Assembly: GCA_963755125.1 (NCBI GenBank)
Contig: CAVWIP010000014.1
Span: forward strand, 96,001 to 160,000
Direction: 5' to 3'
DNA length: 64,000 nucleotides
DNA from: an uncultured delta proteobacterium
Lineage (GTDB): Bacteria > Myxococcota_A > Polyangia > Fen-1088
The position numbers and the translations under genes are program-made. The stretch's first letter is position 1. Each line of letters starts with the position of its first letter. Positions 40,646 through 50,448 of this stretch are shown one piece after another. The notes under the pieces were generated by a model. It ran no database searches, was not told the DNA's origin, and was given only the letters and a program-made list of their open reading frames with translations.

Positions 40646-41332
40646 ATGGCCATCAAAGGGACACATGCGCGACGGAAGCTCGGCAAGAAGACGGTTTCCG
40701 AGCTGGTCGTTGTTAGGCTGATTCTTTACCGGCGCATCCTGCGCGACTTGGCCTTCTCAGGCACCCGTTACGTGTTCTCGCACCAGCTTGCGGCTTTGGC
40801 CGACGTGACGCCCGAACAACTGCGGCGGGATCTCATGAACGTGCGCTACGAAGGCAGCCCGACCCGCGGGTACGAGGTCGTGGTTCTGGAAGAACGCGTT
40901 GGCGCGTTTCTGGACCCGCCGACCACGCAGGCGGTAGCGCTGGTGGGTGTGGGCAACCTCGGCCGCGCCCTCTTCGCGTATTTCCTGGGACGCCGGCCCT
41001 TGCTCCAGATCGTCGCCGCCTTCGACATCGATCCGGCCAAGGTCGATCGCATGATCAACGGTTGCCCGTCGTATCACATCAGCGAGGCCGGGACCATCAT
41101 GCGCGAGAAGGGAATCAACGTCGCCATGATCGCCGTGCCGGCTGCGGCCGCGCAGAGCGTGGCCGATACCCTGGTCGAGGCAGGGGTGCGCAGTTTGCTC
41201 AATTTCGCTGACGTCCGCCTGCGCCTGCCGCCGGACGTTTACGTCGAGCACATCGACATCGGCGTCACGCTGGAAAAGGTGGCGTTCTTCGCGCGGCGGC
41301 CGGCCGCAGCCAAGGCCGCGGGGTCTCCATGA
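40646..41332 (+). CDS. rex: Redox-sensing transcriptional repressor Rex
   Basis: Winged helix (RLILYRRIL...SHQLA...TPEQLRRDL...RGYEV) plus NAD-binding VGVGNLGRAL, AAFDID, LLNFA. Confidence 0.93.
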   Translation: MAIKGTHARRKLGKKTVSELVVVRLILYRRILRDLAFSGTRYVFSHQLAALADVTPEQLRRDLMNVRYEGSPTRGYEVVVLEERVGAFLDPPTTQAVALVGVGNLGRALFAYFLGRRPLLQIVAAFDIDPAKVDRMINGCPSYHISEAGTIMREKGINVAMIAVPAAAAQSVADTLVEAGVRSLLNFADVRLRLPPDVYVEHIDIGVTLEKVAFFARRPAAAKAAGSP

Positions 41333-43386
41333 AGCCCACCGACCTTTCTCTGGTCAGCACGATTCGCGAGCGCTGTCGCGTTTGCTACACCTGCGTGCGT
41401 GAGTGCCCGGCCAAGGCCATCCGCATAGCAGGAGGCCAGGCCGAGGTCATCCCTTCGCGATGTATCGGTTGCGGCTCCTGCGTGCTGGTGTGCAGCCAGG
41501 GCGCCAAGCGCGTGCTCAGCTCGGTCGAGGCGGTGCAGGGACTTCTGCGCAGTGGCGCGCCCGTGGCGGCGTGCGTGGCGCCAAGTTTTCCGGCGGAGAT
41601 CGGCGACCGTGCGGTGCGGCACATGGTCGGGGCGCTGCGAAAACTGGGCTTCTCGCTGGTGTGCGAGGTGGCCTTCGGTGCCGATCTGGTGGCCCGCGCT
41701 TATCGCGATCTTCTGGCCCAGCGCCCGCACGAAAGCTTCATCGCCACCGCCTGTCCGGCCATTGTCAATTTCGTCGAGCGCTATCACCCGGACCTGATGC
41801 CTCACCTGGCCCCCATCGCGTCGCCCATGTTGGCCACGGCGCGGGCCTTGCGCGCGCGCTACGGCGCCGACACGAAGATCGTGTTCATCGGGCCCTGCAT
41901 CGCGAAGAAGGGCGAGGCAGCCACACTGTCGGGTCCGGATCGCGTCGACGCGGTCCTGACCTTCCGCGAGCTGCGGGACATGCTGGGCTCCGCCGGAATC
42001 GCCTCGGGCGAGGTGGCCTCGTCCGAATTCGACCCGCCCCGCGCGGGCCTGGGCGGTGTGTTTCCCTTGCCGCGCGGAAGCTTGCAGACCGCGGGCATCG
42101 ACGAGGATCTGACCTCCAGCGAGGTGGTGTCGGCCGATGGGCGCTCGGCGTTCCCCGAGGCTTTGCAGGAGTTTTCTGGCGGCCAGCTCAATGTCCACCT
42201 GCTCGAACTGCTCTGTTGCCGCGGAGGCTGCGTGATGGGCGCAGGGATGAGCGTCGATCTGCCGCCCTTTGCTCGCCGCGCCCACATCAGCCGTCATGTG
42301 CAAAGCCAGCGCGCCAGCTTCGATCGCGCGGCGTGGTCGGTGGAGATGGACCAGCTGCGTGACCTGCCCTTGGGCCGCAGCTTCCAGACCGCCAGCCAGA
42401 ACATGCCCACCCCGTCGGCCGACGAGCTCCGCACCATCATGATCGAGATGGGGAAACTCGGCCCCGACGACGAGCTGAATTGTGGGGCTTGTGGCTACGA
42501 CACCTGTCGCGCGCACGCGGTGGCCATCTTCCGCGGACTGGCCGAGGACGAGATGTGCCTGCCCTACACCATCGAGCGGCTGAAGAAGACGGTGCAGAAA
42601 CTGGATTTTTCCAACACCAAGCTGGCTAGCACGCAACAGGCGCTGGTCCAGGCCGAGAAGCTGGCCAGCATGGGCCAGTTGGCGGCTGGCATCGCGCACG
42701 AGGTGAACAATCCGCTGGGCGTGGTGCTGCTCTACGCCCACGTGCTGCTCGAATCCTGTGACAAGGATTCGCCTCAAGCGAAGGATCTGGCGATGGTCGT
42801 CGAGCAGGCTGACCGCTGCAAGAAGATCGTCTCGGGATTGCTCAACTTCGCCCGCCAGAACAAGGTCGTGCTGCTGCCGACCAAGGTTGCTGACCTGGTC
42901 GACCGTTCCTTGCGCGGCGTGCAGGCGCCGGCTGGCATCGAGATCGTGGTCGAACACCAGGATCCCACGGCCTCGGCAGACCTGGATGCGGATCAGATTC
43001 GCCAAGTCCTCACCAATCTGTTGACCAACGCCGTGGCGGCCATGCCCGCGGGCGGCCGGCTCACCGTGCGCAGTGCCGTCAGCGATGAACAGGTTCTCTT
43101 CGCCGTCGAAGACACGGGGATGGGAATCCCCAAGGAGAACATGAAGCGCGTGTTCGAGCCGTTCTTCACGACCAAGCAGATGGGACGCGGCACCGGGCTG
43201 GGCCTGGCGGTGAGCTACGGCATCGTCAAAATGCACCGGGGCAACATCAGGCTCAAGTCGAACGCCGATGCGGCGGCCGGACCCACGGGCACGACCTTCA
43301 CCGTGACCCTGCCGCGCTTCGAGCAGCGCGAAGAATCCATGAGTTTCCTAGCACCGGAAGGCGACGGACGCGAGGACGCTCGCTGA
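41329..43386 (+). CDS. Putative sensory (group C) [FeFe]-hydrogenase fused to a histidine kinase
   Basis: N-terminal 2x[4Fe-4S]; H-cluster-like motifs ATACPAI, GPCIAKKGE, ELLCCRGGCVMG; NCGACGYDTC...C FeS domain; AHEVNNPL, NLLTNA, DTGMG, FEPFFTTK, GTGLGL. Confidence 0.88.
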   Translation: MKPTDLSLVSTIRERCRVCYTCVRECPAKAIRIAGGQAEVIPSRCIGCGSCVLVCSQGAKRVLSSVEAVQGLLRSGAPVAACVAPSFPAEIGDRAVRHMVGALRKLGFSLVCEVAFGADLVARAYRDLLAQRPHESFIATACPAIVNFVERYHPDLMPHLAPIASPMLATARALRARYGADTKIVFIGPCIAKKGEAATLSGPDRVDAVLTFRELRDMLGSAGIASGEVASSEFDPPRAGLGGVFPLPRGSLQTAGIDEDLTSSEVVSADGRSAFPEALQEFSGGQLNVHLLELLCCRGGCVMGAGMSVDLPPFARRAHISRHVQSQRASFDRAAWSVEMDQLRDLPLGRSFQTASQNMPTPSADELRTIMIEMGKLGPDDELNCGACGYDTCRAHAVAIFRGLAEDEMCLPYTIERLKKTVQKLDFSNTKLASTQQALVQAEKLASMGQLAAGIAHEVNNPLGVVLLYAHVLLESCDKDSPQAKDLAMVVEQADRCKKIVSGLLNFARQNKVVLLPTKVADLVDRSLRGVQAPAGIEIVVEHQDPTASADLDADQIRQVLTNLLTNAVAAMPAGGRLTVRSAVSDEQVLFAVEDTGMGIPKENMKRVFEPFFTTKQMGRGTGLGLAVSYGIVKMHRGNIRLKSNADAAAGPTGTTFTVTLPRFEQREESMSFLAPEGDGREDAR

Positions 43387-43495
43387 CGACCATGTTGCCA
43401 AGACCATCTCTTGGGGAAGAAGTACGGAGGGTCCCCTGCCCATGCACGCAGCACTGAAACACAACGCCATTACAGAGAATCTGGAGGCTAGCCCC

Positions 43496-44635
43496 ATGGA
43501 CACCTTGCGCGTGTTGGTCATCGACGACGAAGCTGGGATGCGGGCCGGGGCGTCGCGCGTGCTCGACGGATTTCGGGTGGCGTTGCCCGATACCGACGGA
43601 CACGTATGCCTGGAGGTGGCGCACGCGGAGAGCGGCGAGGAGGGGTTGCAGGCGATGGAGACGAGCAAGTTCGACATCGTGCTGCTCGACCACAAGTTGC
43701 CCGGGATGTCGGGCCTTGATGTGCTGGATCGGCTCAATCAAAGACGAGACGACGCGCTGGTCATCATGATCACGGCGTACGCTTCGCTAGACGTTGCAGT
43801 CAGCGCCACCAAGCGGGGGGCTTTCGATTTTCTTGCCAAGCCGTTCACCCCGGAAGAGTTGCGCGACGCGGTTCGCAAGGCGGCCCGGCACCACATCCTG
43901 CGCTGGCAGGCACGCAAGCTGGCGCAAGAGAAGCGCCAGGTTCGCTTCCAGTTCCTCTCCGTGCTGGTGCACGAACTCAAGGCGCCGCTGGTCGCCGTGG
44001 AGGGCTACCTGCGGCTCTTGCAGGAAGGCGCGGCCACGGATCCGGAGACGGCGGCCCGCGCGGTTGAGCGCAGCTTGGTGCGCCTCGACGGCATGCGGAA
44101 GCTGATCGTCGATCTTCTCGATCTCACGCGTATCGAGTCGGGGCAGAAGGCGCGCGAATTTTCCGCCGTCGACGTGGTCGAGGTGGCGCGTGCTGCCATC
44201 GAGACCGCGCTGCCCGCGGCAAAGGAGCGAGCCATCACGATGGAATTGCACTCGCCCGGCTCTGTGGTTCTGCGGGCGGACAGGGGCGAGATCGAGATCA
44301 TGCTCAACAACCTGGTGTCCAATGCGGTGAAGTACAATCGTGACGGTGGCCGGGTCGACGTGACCGTGTCGGACGGGCCTGCGGGCGTGACCGTGGCGGT
44401 GAAGGACACGGGCATCGGCATGACCAAGGAAGAGACCGCCAAGCTTTTCGGCGAATTCGTGCGCATCAAGAACGCCAAGACCCGCAACATCATGGGCAGC
44501 GGGTTGGGGTTGTCGATCTTGCGCAAGCTGGCCACCCTGTATGGGGGCGACGTGACGGTGGCGAGCCAGCCCGATGTCGGCACGACCTTCACGGTGCATC
44601 TGCCGCCGGTCGCGCCGGGAAATGACGTCGCGTAG
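43496..44635 (+). CDS. Hybrid receiver-histidine kinase (soluble)
   Basis: VIDDE...LLDHKLP...ITA...AKPF receiver; VHELKAPL H-box, NLVSNAVKY, DTGIG, GSGLGL; GGAGG RBS before 43496. Confidence 0.9.
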   Translation: MDTLRVLVIDDEAGMRAGASRVLDGFRVALPDTDGHVCLEVAHAESGEEGLQAMETSKFDIVLLDHKLPGMSGLDVLDRLNQRRDDALVIMITAYASLDVAVSATKRGAFDFLAKPFTPEELRDAVRKAARHHILRWQARKLAQEKRQVRFQFLSVLVHELKAPLVAVEGYLRLLQEGAATDPETAARAVERSLVRLDGMRKLIVDLLDLTRIESGQKAREFSAVDVVEVARAAIETALPAAKERAITMELHSPGSVVLRADRGEIEIMLNNLVSNAVKYNRDGGRVDVTVSDGPAGVTVAVKDTGIGMTKEETAKLFGEFVRIKNAKTRNIMGSGLGLSILRKLATLYGGDVTVASQPDVGTTFTVHLPPVAPGNDVA

Positions 44636-46045
44636 ATGGGAGTACAAATGCACGACACCCTGGGATTCATAGACGAAGGCGAAATTGTTCGCGTGTTGGC
44701 TGCGCCGGCGAGCAAGGATGCGGGACAGGTTCGCGCCGTGCTGGCCAAGGCCCGCGGCTTGTCCGGGCTCGACATGGCGGATGTCGCCACGTTGGCCGCC
44801 GTCAGCGATCCCGAGCTGCTGGGCGAGATTTTCCAGACCGCGCGCGCCGTGAAGGATCAGATCTACGGACCGCGGCTGGTGCTATTCGCGCCGCTCTATG
44901 TGTCCAATCTGTGCGCCAACGACTGCACCTACTGCGCGTTTCGCGCGCGCAACAAACAGGTCAAGCGCCGGGCGCTGTCGCAGGACGAGATCCGCCGCGA
45001 GGTCGAGATCCTGGTCGACCAGGGCCACAAGCGCATCCTGCTGGTGGCGGGCGAGTCGTATCCGCACCAGGGCTTCCAGTACGTGCTCGATTCCATTGCG
45101 ACCATCTACAGTGTCAAGCGGGGAAGGGGCGAGATTCGGCGCGTGAATGCCAACGTCGCGCCCCTGACCGTCGACGAGTTTCGCGCGCTCAAGGGCGCGG
45201 GCATCGGCACCTACCAGCTTTTCCAGGAAACCTACCACCACGCGACCTACCAGAGCGTTCATTTGGCCGGCAAGAAGAAGGACTACGACTGGCGCGTCTC
45301 GGCCATGGACCGCGCCATGGAGGCCGGGATCGACGACGTGGGCATCGGCATCCTGTTTGGCCTGGCCGATTGGCGCTTCGAGATCCTGGCGCTCATGCAG
45401 CACATCCGGCACCTGGAGGCACGCTTCGGCGTAGGCCCCCACACCATCAGCGTGCCGCGCCTGGAGCCAGCCATCGGATCCGACATTGCGGGCAATCCGC
45501 CGCACGCGGTGTCCGACATCGACTTTCGCAAGATCGTCGCGATCCTGCGTTTGGCGGTGCCCTACACCGGCATCATCATGTCCACGCGCGAGACGCCCAA
45601 CATCCGGCGCGAGACATTTGCGCTGGGGGTGTCGCAGATTTCCGCGGGCAGCCGCACCAATCCGGGCGGCTATGCCGAGGCCGTGGCCAACCCGGCGGAA
45701 TCCAGCCAGTTCCAGCTCGGCGATCATCGCGATCTCGACGAGGTAGTGCGCGACGTGGCGGCCATGGGCTACGTTCCGTCGTTCTGCACCGCTTGCTACC
45801 GACTGGGGCGCACGGGCCAGGACTTCATGGACCTGGCCAAGCCCGGCGCCATCAAATTGCACTGCGATCCCAACGCGCTGTCGACCTTCACCGAGTACCT
45901 GGAGGACTACGCCGGTCCGGAAACGCGCAAGGTGGGTGAAGGCCTGGTGGGCAGCACTCTGGCCAACATGGACGCGCGCCGGAAGGAAATTTCCGAGGCT
46001 CTGGTGCGCAAGGTGAAGGGCGGCAAGCGCGACGTCTTCGTGTGA
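44636..46045 (+). CDS. hydG: [FeFe]-hydrogenase maturase HydG (radical SAM)
   Basis: FAPLYVSNLCANDCTYC, LFQETYH, GPHTISVPR, PSFCTACYR...C second cluster motif. Confidence 0.96.
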   Translation: MGVQMHDTLGFIDEGEIVRVLAAPASKDAGQVRAVLAKARGLSGLDMADVATLAAVSDPELLGEIFQTARAVKDQIYGPRLVLFAPLYVSNLCANDCTYCAFRARNKQVKRRALSQDEIRREVEILVDQGHKRILLVAGESYPHQGFQYVLDSIATIYSVKRGRGEIRRVNANVAPLTVDEFRALKGAGIGTYQLFQETYHHATYQSVHLAGKKKDYDWRVSAMDRAMEAGIDDVGIGILFGLADWRFEILALMQHIRHLEARFGVGPHTISVPRLEPAIGSDIAGNPPHAVSDIDFRKIVAILRLAVPYTGIIMSTRETPNIRRETFALGVSQISAGSRTNPGGYAEAVANPAESSQFQLGDHRDLDEVVRDVAAMGYVPSFCTACYRLGRTGQDFMDLAKPGAIKLHCDPNALSTFTEYLEDYAGPETRKVGEGLVGSTLANMDARRKEISEALVRKVKGGKRDVFV

Positions 46046-46067
46046 GGCGAACCACGCGAGGCCCCGC

Positions 46068-47486
46068 ATGAGCGAAACACGCCGCGAGCAAGACCCGCTG
46101 GGAGAGCGGGAGGTTCCCGCGGGAGCGCTGTGGGGCGTGCACACTCTGCGGGCGTTGGAGAATTTCCCGCTGGCCGGGCGCCCCGTGCATCGCGCCCTGG
46201 TGCGCGCCTTCGGCGCGGTGAAGGGGGCGTGCGCACTCACCAATCAGCGACTGGGCGCCTGGGCCGCGGATCCGGCCAAGGGCGACGCCATCGTGGCTGC
46301 GTGTGCCGAAATGGCCGCCGGGCAACTCGACGAACATGTCGTCGCGGATGCCTTGCAAGGCGGCGCTGGCACCAGCACCAACATGAACGTCAACGAGGTG
46401 CTGGCCAACCGCGCGTTGCAGATTCTGGGCGAGCCGCTGGGCCACACCCAGCGCGTATCGCCGCTCGACGACATCAACCTGCACCAGTCGACCAACGACA
46501 CCTTTCCGACGGCCATGCGGGTGGCGGGCCTGTGGCTGCTGGCGGCGTTGGAAAAAGAGGTCGTGGCGTTGCAGGAGGCCTTTCAGCAAAAAGAAAGGGT
46601 ATTCGCCCACATCGTTAAGGTCGGCCGCACCGAGATGCAGGACGCGGTCCTCGTCACCTTGGGACGCGAGATGGGCGCCTATGCCGAGGCGCTGGCGCGC
46701 GACCGATGGCGTATCTACAAATGCACGGAACGTCTGCGCGTAGTGAATCTCGGGGGCACGGCCATCGGCACCGGCCTGGGTGCGCCGCGCACGTTCATCT
46801 TTCAGGTGGTGGATGCGCTCTCGCAGTTGACCGGGCTCAGCGTGGCGCGTGCGGAGAATCTCGTCGAGGCGACGCAGAACGCGGACGTGTTCGCCGAGGT
46901 CTCCGGGATGCTCAAGGCCTGTGCGGTGAACTTGTTGAAGATTTCGTCCGACCTACGGCTGCTCTCGTCCGGTCCTGAGGCAGGTCTAGGCGAGATCAAG
47001 CTGCCCGCGCGCCAGGCCGGCTCGTCGATCATGCCCGGTAAGGTGAATCCGGTCATCCCCGAGGCGGTCAGCCAGGCGGCCATGCTGGTCATGGCCCACG
47101 ACGCCGCGATCGCGCAGGCGTGCGCAGCCGGCAGTCTGGAACTGAACCCGTTTTTGCCGCTGGTCGCCCATTGTCTGTTCGACAGCCTGGACCTGCTCGC
47201 GCGGGCCGCCGGGATCCTGCGCGTCTTCTGCGTCGAAGGAATGACTGCCGACGAGGAACGCTGCCGCGCGCATGTGAACGCGTCGACCGCCGTGGTCACG
47301 GCATTGGTCGCGCGCGTGGGATACGAAGCCGCGTGCACCATCGCGCGCAAGGCGAGCGAGCGTGGCTGCTCGATTCGCGACGTGGTCTTGGCGGATGGCA
47401 TTTTGAATGGGCAAGAGTTCGACGAGTTGACCACGCCCGAGGCGGTGTGCCGCCTGGGCTCGCCGGATCGGGGAGGGGAGCGATGA
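46068..47486 (+). CDS. aspA: Aspartate ammonia-lyase
   Basis: GGAGTSTNMNVNEV, QSTND, GRTEMQDA, GSSIMPGKVNP signature. Confidence 0.9.
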   Translation: MSETRREQDPLGEREVPAGALWGVHTLRALENFPLAGRPVHRALVRAFGAVKGACALTNQRLGAWAADPAKGDAIVAACAEMAAGQLDEHVVADALQGGAGTSTNMNVNEVLANRALQILGEPLGHTQRVSPLDDINLHQSTNDTFPTAMRVAGLWLLAALEKEVVALQEAFQQKERVFAHIVKVGRTEMQDAVLVTLGREMGAYAEALARDRWRIYKCTERLRVVNLGGTAIGTGLGAPRTFIFQVVDALSQLTGLSVARAENLVEATQNADVFAEVSGMLKACAVNLLKISSDLRLLSSGPEAGLGEIKLPARQAGSSIMPGKVNPVIPEAVSQAAMLVMAHDAAIAQACAAGSLELNPFLPLVAHCLFDSLDLLARAAGILRVFCVEGMTADEERCRAHVNASTAVVTALVARVGYEAACTIARKASERGCSIRDVVLADGILNGQEFDELTTPEAVCRLGSPDRGGER

Positions 47487-48754
47487 GTGCGATGCACGAG
47501 GCGAAGCTATCCACGCCCAAGGGCATGCGGTTGCACGTCGGGATCTTTGGCCGGCGCAACGTGGGCAAGTCCAGTCTGCTCAACGCGATGGTGCGCCAGC
47601 ATGTGTCGCTGGTGTCTGACGTGGCGGGAACCACGACAGATCCCGTCGAGAAGCCCATGGAGCTACTCCCGCTCGGCCCCGTGCTGTTTATCGACACGGC
47701 CGGCATCGACGACGAAGGCGCGCTCGGCGATTTGCGGGTGAAGCGCACGACCGAGGTGTTCGACCGCACCGATTTGGGCCTGGTGGTGGCGGCGGGCGAA
47801 TGGGGACCTTTCGAAGATGCGCTGGTACGCGAGATGCAAGCGCGCGGAGTCCCGTTGGTCGTGGCGTTCAACAAGTCGGATATGGCGCCGGTCCCAGCAG
47901 CTCAGTTGGCGGCTTTGCGTGAGCGCGGGCTTTGCACAGTCGAAACCAGCGCGGTCACGGGCGCCGGACTTCTGGATCTGCGACAGGCACTGCTCACTCA
48001 AGCGCCGGCTGACTATCTCGATGCTCGCGCCATCGTCGCCGATCTAGTCGGCCCGGGCGAGATGGCCGTGCTGGTGGTTCCCATCGACAAGGAAGCGCCC
48101 AAGGGACGCTTGATCCTGCCGCAGGTGCAGGTGCTGCGCGATCTGCTGGACCACGACGCGTTCGCCCTGGTGGTGAAGGAGCGCGAGCTGCGCGCCGCCC
48201 TCGCCGGTCTGCGCGCGCCGCCCCGGCTGGTCATCACCGACTCACAGGCCTTCCTCAAGGTGGCCGCTGACACACCGGCCGTGGTGCCGCTGACAAGTTT
48301 CTCGATCCTCTTCGCGCGTCTCAAGGGCGATCTGCTCGCCCAGGTCGAGGGTGCCCTGGCCATCGAGCACCTCCGGCCCGGCGATCGCGTGCTCATTGCC
48401 GAAGCTTGCGCGCATCACCCCATCGGTGAAGACATCGGCCGGGTGAAGATTCCACGCTGGCTCACGCAGTACGTGGGCGGCCGCCTCGACTTCCACACCG
48501 TGCAGGGACACGACTTCCCGGCGGATCTTTCGCCCTATCGGCTCATCGTCCATTGCGGTTCGTGTACGCTCAACCGGCGCGAAGTCTTGAGTCGCATTCT
48601 GCGCGCGCGCGCGGCTGGCGTGCCCTTCACCAACTACGGGCTGTGCATCGCCTACAGCCTCGGGATCTTTGCGCGTGCCCTGGCTCCCTTTCCGGCAGCG
48701 CAGGACGTGCTCTTTCGCCATGAACAGACTCGACACCATACTGGACAAGGATAG
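47483..48754 (+). CDS. hydF: [FeFe]-hydrogenase maturation GTPase HydF
   Basis: GRRNVGKSS, TTTDPV, DTAG, NKSD, PKGRLILPQ, EACAHH, HCGSC. Confidence 0.96.
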   Translation: MSAMHEAKLSTPKGMRLHVGIFGRRNVGKSSLLNAMVRQHVSLVSDVAGTTTDPVEKPMELLPLGPVLFIDTAGIDDEGALGDLRVKRTTEVFDRTDLGLVVAAGEWGPFEDALVREMQARGVPLVVAFNKSDMAPVPAAQLAALRERGLCTVETSAVTGAGLLDLRQALLTQAPADYLDARAIVADLVGPGEMAVLVVPIDKEAPKGRLILPQVQVLRDLLDHDAFALVVKERELRAALAGLRAPPRLVITDSQAFLKVAADTPAVVPLTSFSILFARLKGDLLAQVEGALAIEHLRPGDRVLIAEACAHHPIGEDIGRVKIPRWLTQYVGGRLDFHTVQGHDFPADLSPYRLIVHCGSCTLNRREVLSRILRARAAGVPFTNYGLCIAYSLGIFARALAPFPAAQDVLFRHEQTRHHTGQG

Positions 48755-49823
48755 GCTCGACCCCGACGACCTGCCCGTCCTGCTCGGCGCCGACACGCCG
48801 GCGAGACACGCGTCCGTGCTGTCCGCGGCCTACGCGGTCAAGTTTCGCGAGATCGGCGCGGTGGTGTATTTTCGCGGGCTCTTCGAACTGTCGAATCTGT
48901 GCACGAAAGACTGCCTGTACTGCGGGATCCGTCGCAGCAACCACAAGGTCGAGCGCTACACCGTTCCGGTCGACGAAATTCTCAACGGCGCACGCTGGGC
49001 CTGGGAGCAAGGGTACGGTTCCGTGGTCTTGCAATCCGGCGAGCGCAGCGATCCGGCTTTCGTGGATCTGATCACGGCGCTGGTGACAAAGATTCGTGCG
49101 CTTTCGCACGATCAGCTCGCGATAACCTTGTCAGTGGGCGAGCAGTCGGAAGCGACCTTTCGCACCTGGTTCGCGGCCGGCGCCGAACGCTACCTGCTGC
49201 GCATCGAAACCAGCGACCCGGATTTCTACCGGCGACTTCACCCTGCGGATCACAGTTGGGAGCGCCGCCGCGACTGTCTGCGCCTGCTCCACGACATCGG
49301 CTACCAGCTCGGCTCAGGCGTGATGATCGGTCTGCCCGGCCAGAGCGTCGAGCAACTCGCCCGCGACATCCTGTTCTTCGAGCAAGAGAAGGTCGTCATG
49401 ATCGGCATGGGGCCGTTCATCCCACACGCCGATACGCCCTTGCGCGATGGAATCCGCAACTTCGCCTGGAAACGGCACGCGCAATTGGCGCTGGCCTTGC
49501 GCATGATCGCAGTCACGCGTCTGTACCTGCCGGACGTGAACATCGCGGCTGCGACCGCGCTGCAGGCCCTGGCTCCGAATGGCCGGGAACAGGGGCTGAT
49601 GGCCGGGGCCAACGTCATCATGCCCAACCTGACCGATCCGAAATACCGGAGTGCTTACCAGCTCTATGACGGCAAGCCGTGCCTGGACGAATCGGCCACG
49701 CAGTGCCGCGGCTGTCTGGAAGCACGCATCGCCAGCCTGGGAGAGACCATCGGCTTTGGCCAGCGCGGGGATTCGCGGCGCTTCGTTGCCCGCCATGGCG
49801 TAACTGGTGGAAAAGCTATTTAA
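48720..49823 (+). CDS. hydE: [FeFe]-hydrogenase maturase HydE (radical SAM)
   Basis: CTKDCLYC, VLQSGE, YLLRIET, GMGPFIPH, GANVIMPN, YQLY. Confidence 0.94.
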   Translation: MNRLDTILDKDRLDPDDLPVLLGADTPARHASVLSAAYAVKFREIGAVVYFRGLFELSNLCTKDCLYCGIRRSNHKVERYTVPVDEILNGARWAWEQGYGSVVLQSGERSDPAFVDLITALVTKIRALSHDQLAITLSVGEQSEATFRTWFAAGAERYLLRIETSDPDFYRRLHPADHSWERRRDCLRLLHDIGYQLGSGVMIGLPGQSVEQLARDILFFEQEKVVMIGMGPFIPHADTPLRDGIRNFAWKRHAQLALALRMIAVTRLYLPDVNIAAATALQALAPNGREQGLMAGANVIMPNLTDPKYRSAYQLYDGKPCLDESATQCRGCLEARIASLGETIGFGQRGDSRRFVARHGVTGGKAI

Positions 49824-49886
49824 TTTCAGTAAGTTGATAGCACGAGTTGGAACTGGAATCTGTACGATAATTAACGAAAACTTCTC

Positions 49887-49953
49887 TTGACGAAAAACGG
49901 TTGAAAATGGTACCTTCGTCGTGAAAGATTTCACAGCGTGATGAAAGTAACAA
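49887..49953 (+). promoter_or_regulatory. Sigma70-like promoter followed by tandem Rex-like operators upstream of the hydrogenase genes
   Basis: AT-rich gap; TTGACG (49887) -18 bp- TACCTT (49911, TG-extended); TCGTGAA-agat-TTCACAG (49919-49936) and GCGTGAT-gaaa-GTAACAA (49936-49953). Confidence 0.7.
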
Positions 49954-49968
49954 GAAGGATCTGGTCAG

Positions 49969-50448
49969 ATGACAACAGTCACACAGGACATTCAGCCCAT
50001 CCTTAAGAAATACCAGAACGCCCGACGCGACTCCCTGATCACGATCTTGCAGGAAGTTCAGGACGCGCAGGGGTACGTATCGAAGGAGTCGGTCATCGCG
50101 ATTGGCCAGCACCTGCGGCTGCCTGCCAGCAAGGTATTCGGCGTCGCGACCTTCTACAACCAGTTCCGCTTCCATCCCGCCGGCAGGTTCCACGTGCAGG
50201 TGTGCCGGGGCACGGCCTGTCACGTGAAGGGATCGCTGTCGCTGCTCGATACCGTGAAAAATGAGCTGAAGATCCTGCCGGGACAGACCAGCCGCGATCA
50301 GGTGTTCAGCCTGGAGGTCGTCGCCTGCCTGGGCGCTTGCGGCCTTTCCCCGGTGATGTGCGTGAACGGCGAGTTCTTCGCGCGCATGACGCCGACCCGG
50401 GCGCGCAAGTTGCTCGACGGCTGTCGCAAGGAGGCGGTGCAGTCATGA
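49969..50448 (+). CDS. hydC: NuoE-like [2Fe-2S] subunit (HydC)
   Basis: GVATFYNQF, CRGTACHVKG, CLGAC. Confidence 0.92.
   Translation: MTTVTQDIQPILKKYQNARRDSLITILQEVQDAQGYVSKESVIAIGQHLRLPASKVFGVATFYNQFRFHPAGRFHVQVCRGTACHVKGSLSLLDTVKNELKILPGQTSRDQVFSLEVVACLGACGLSPVMCVNGEFFARMTPTRARKLLDGCRKEAVQS

Noticed and set aside
41239..43236. Long antisense or alternate-frame ORFs (also 2140..3567, 50904..52913, 54053..55531, 62734..63807 and others)
   Set aside because: Shadows of real genes caused by high-GC codon bias; no recognisable motifs
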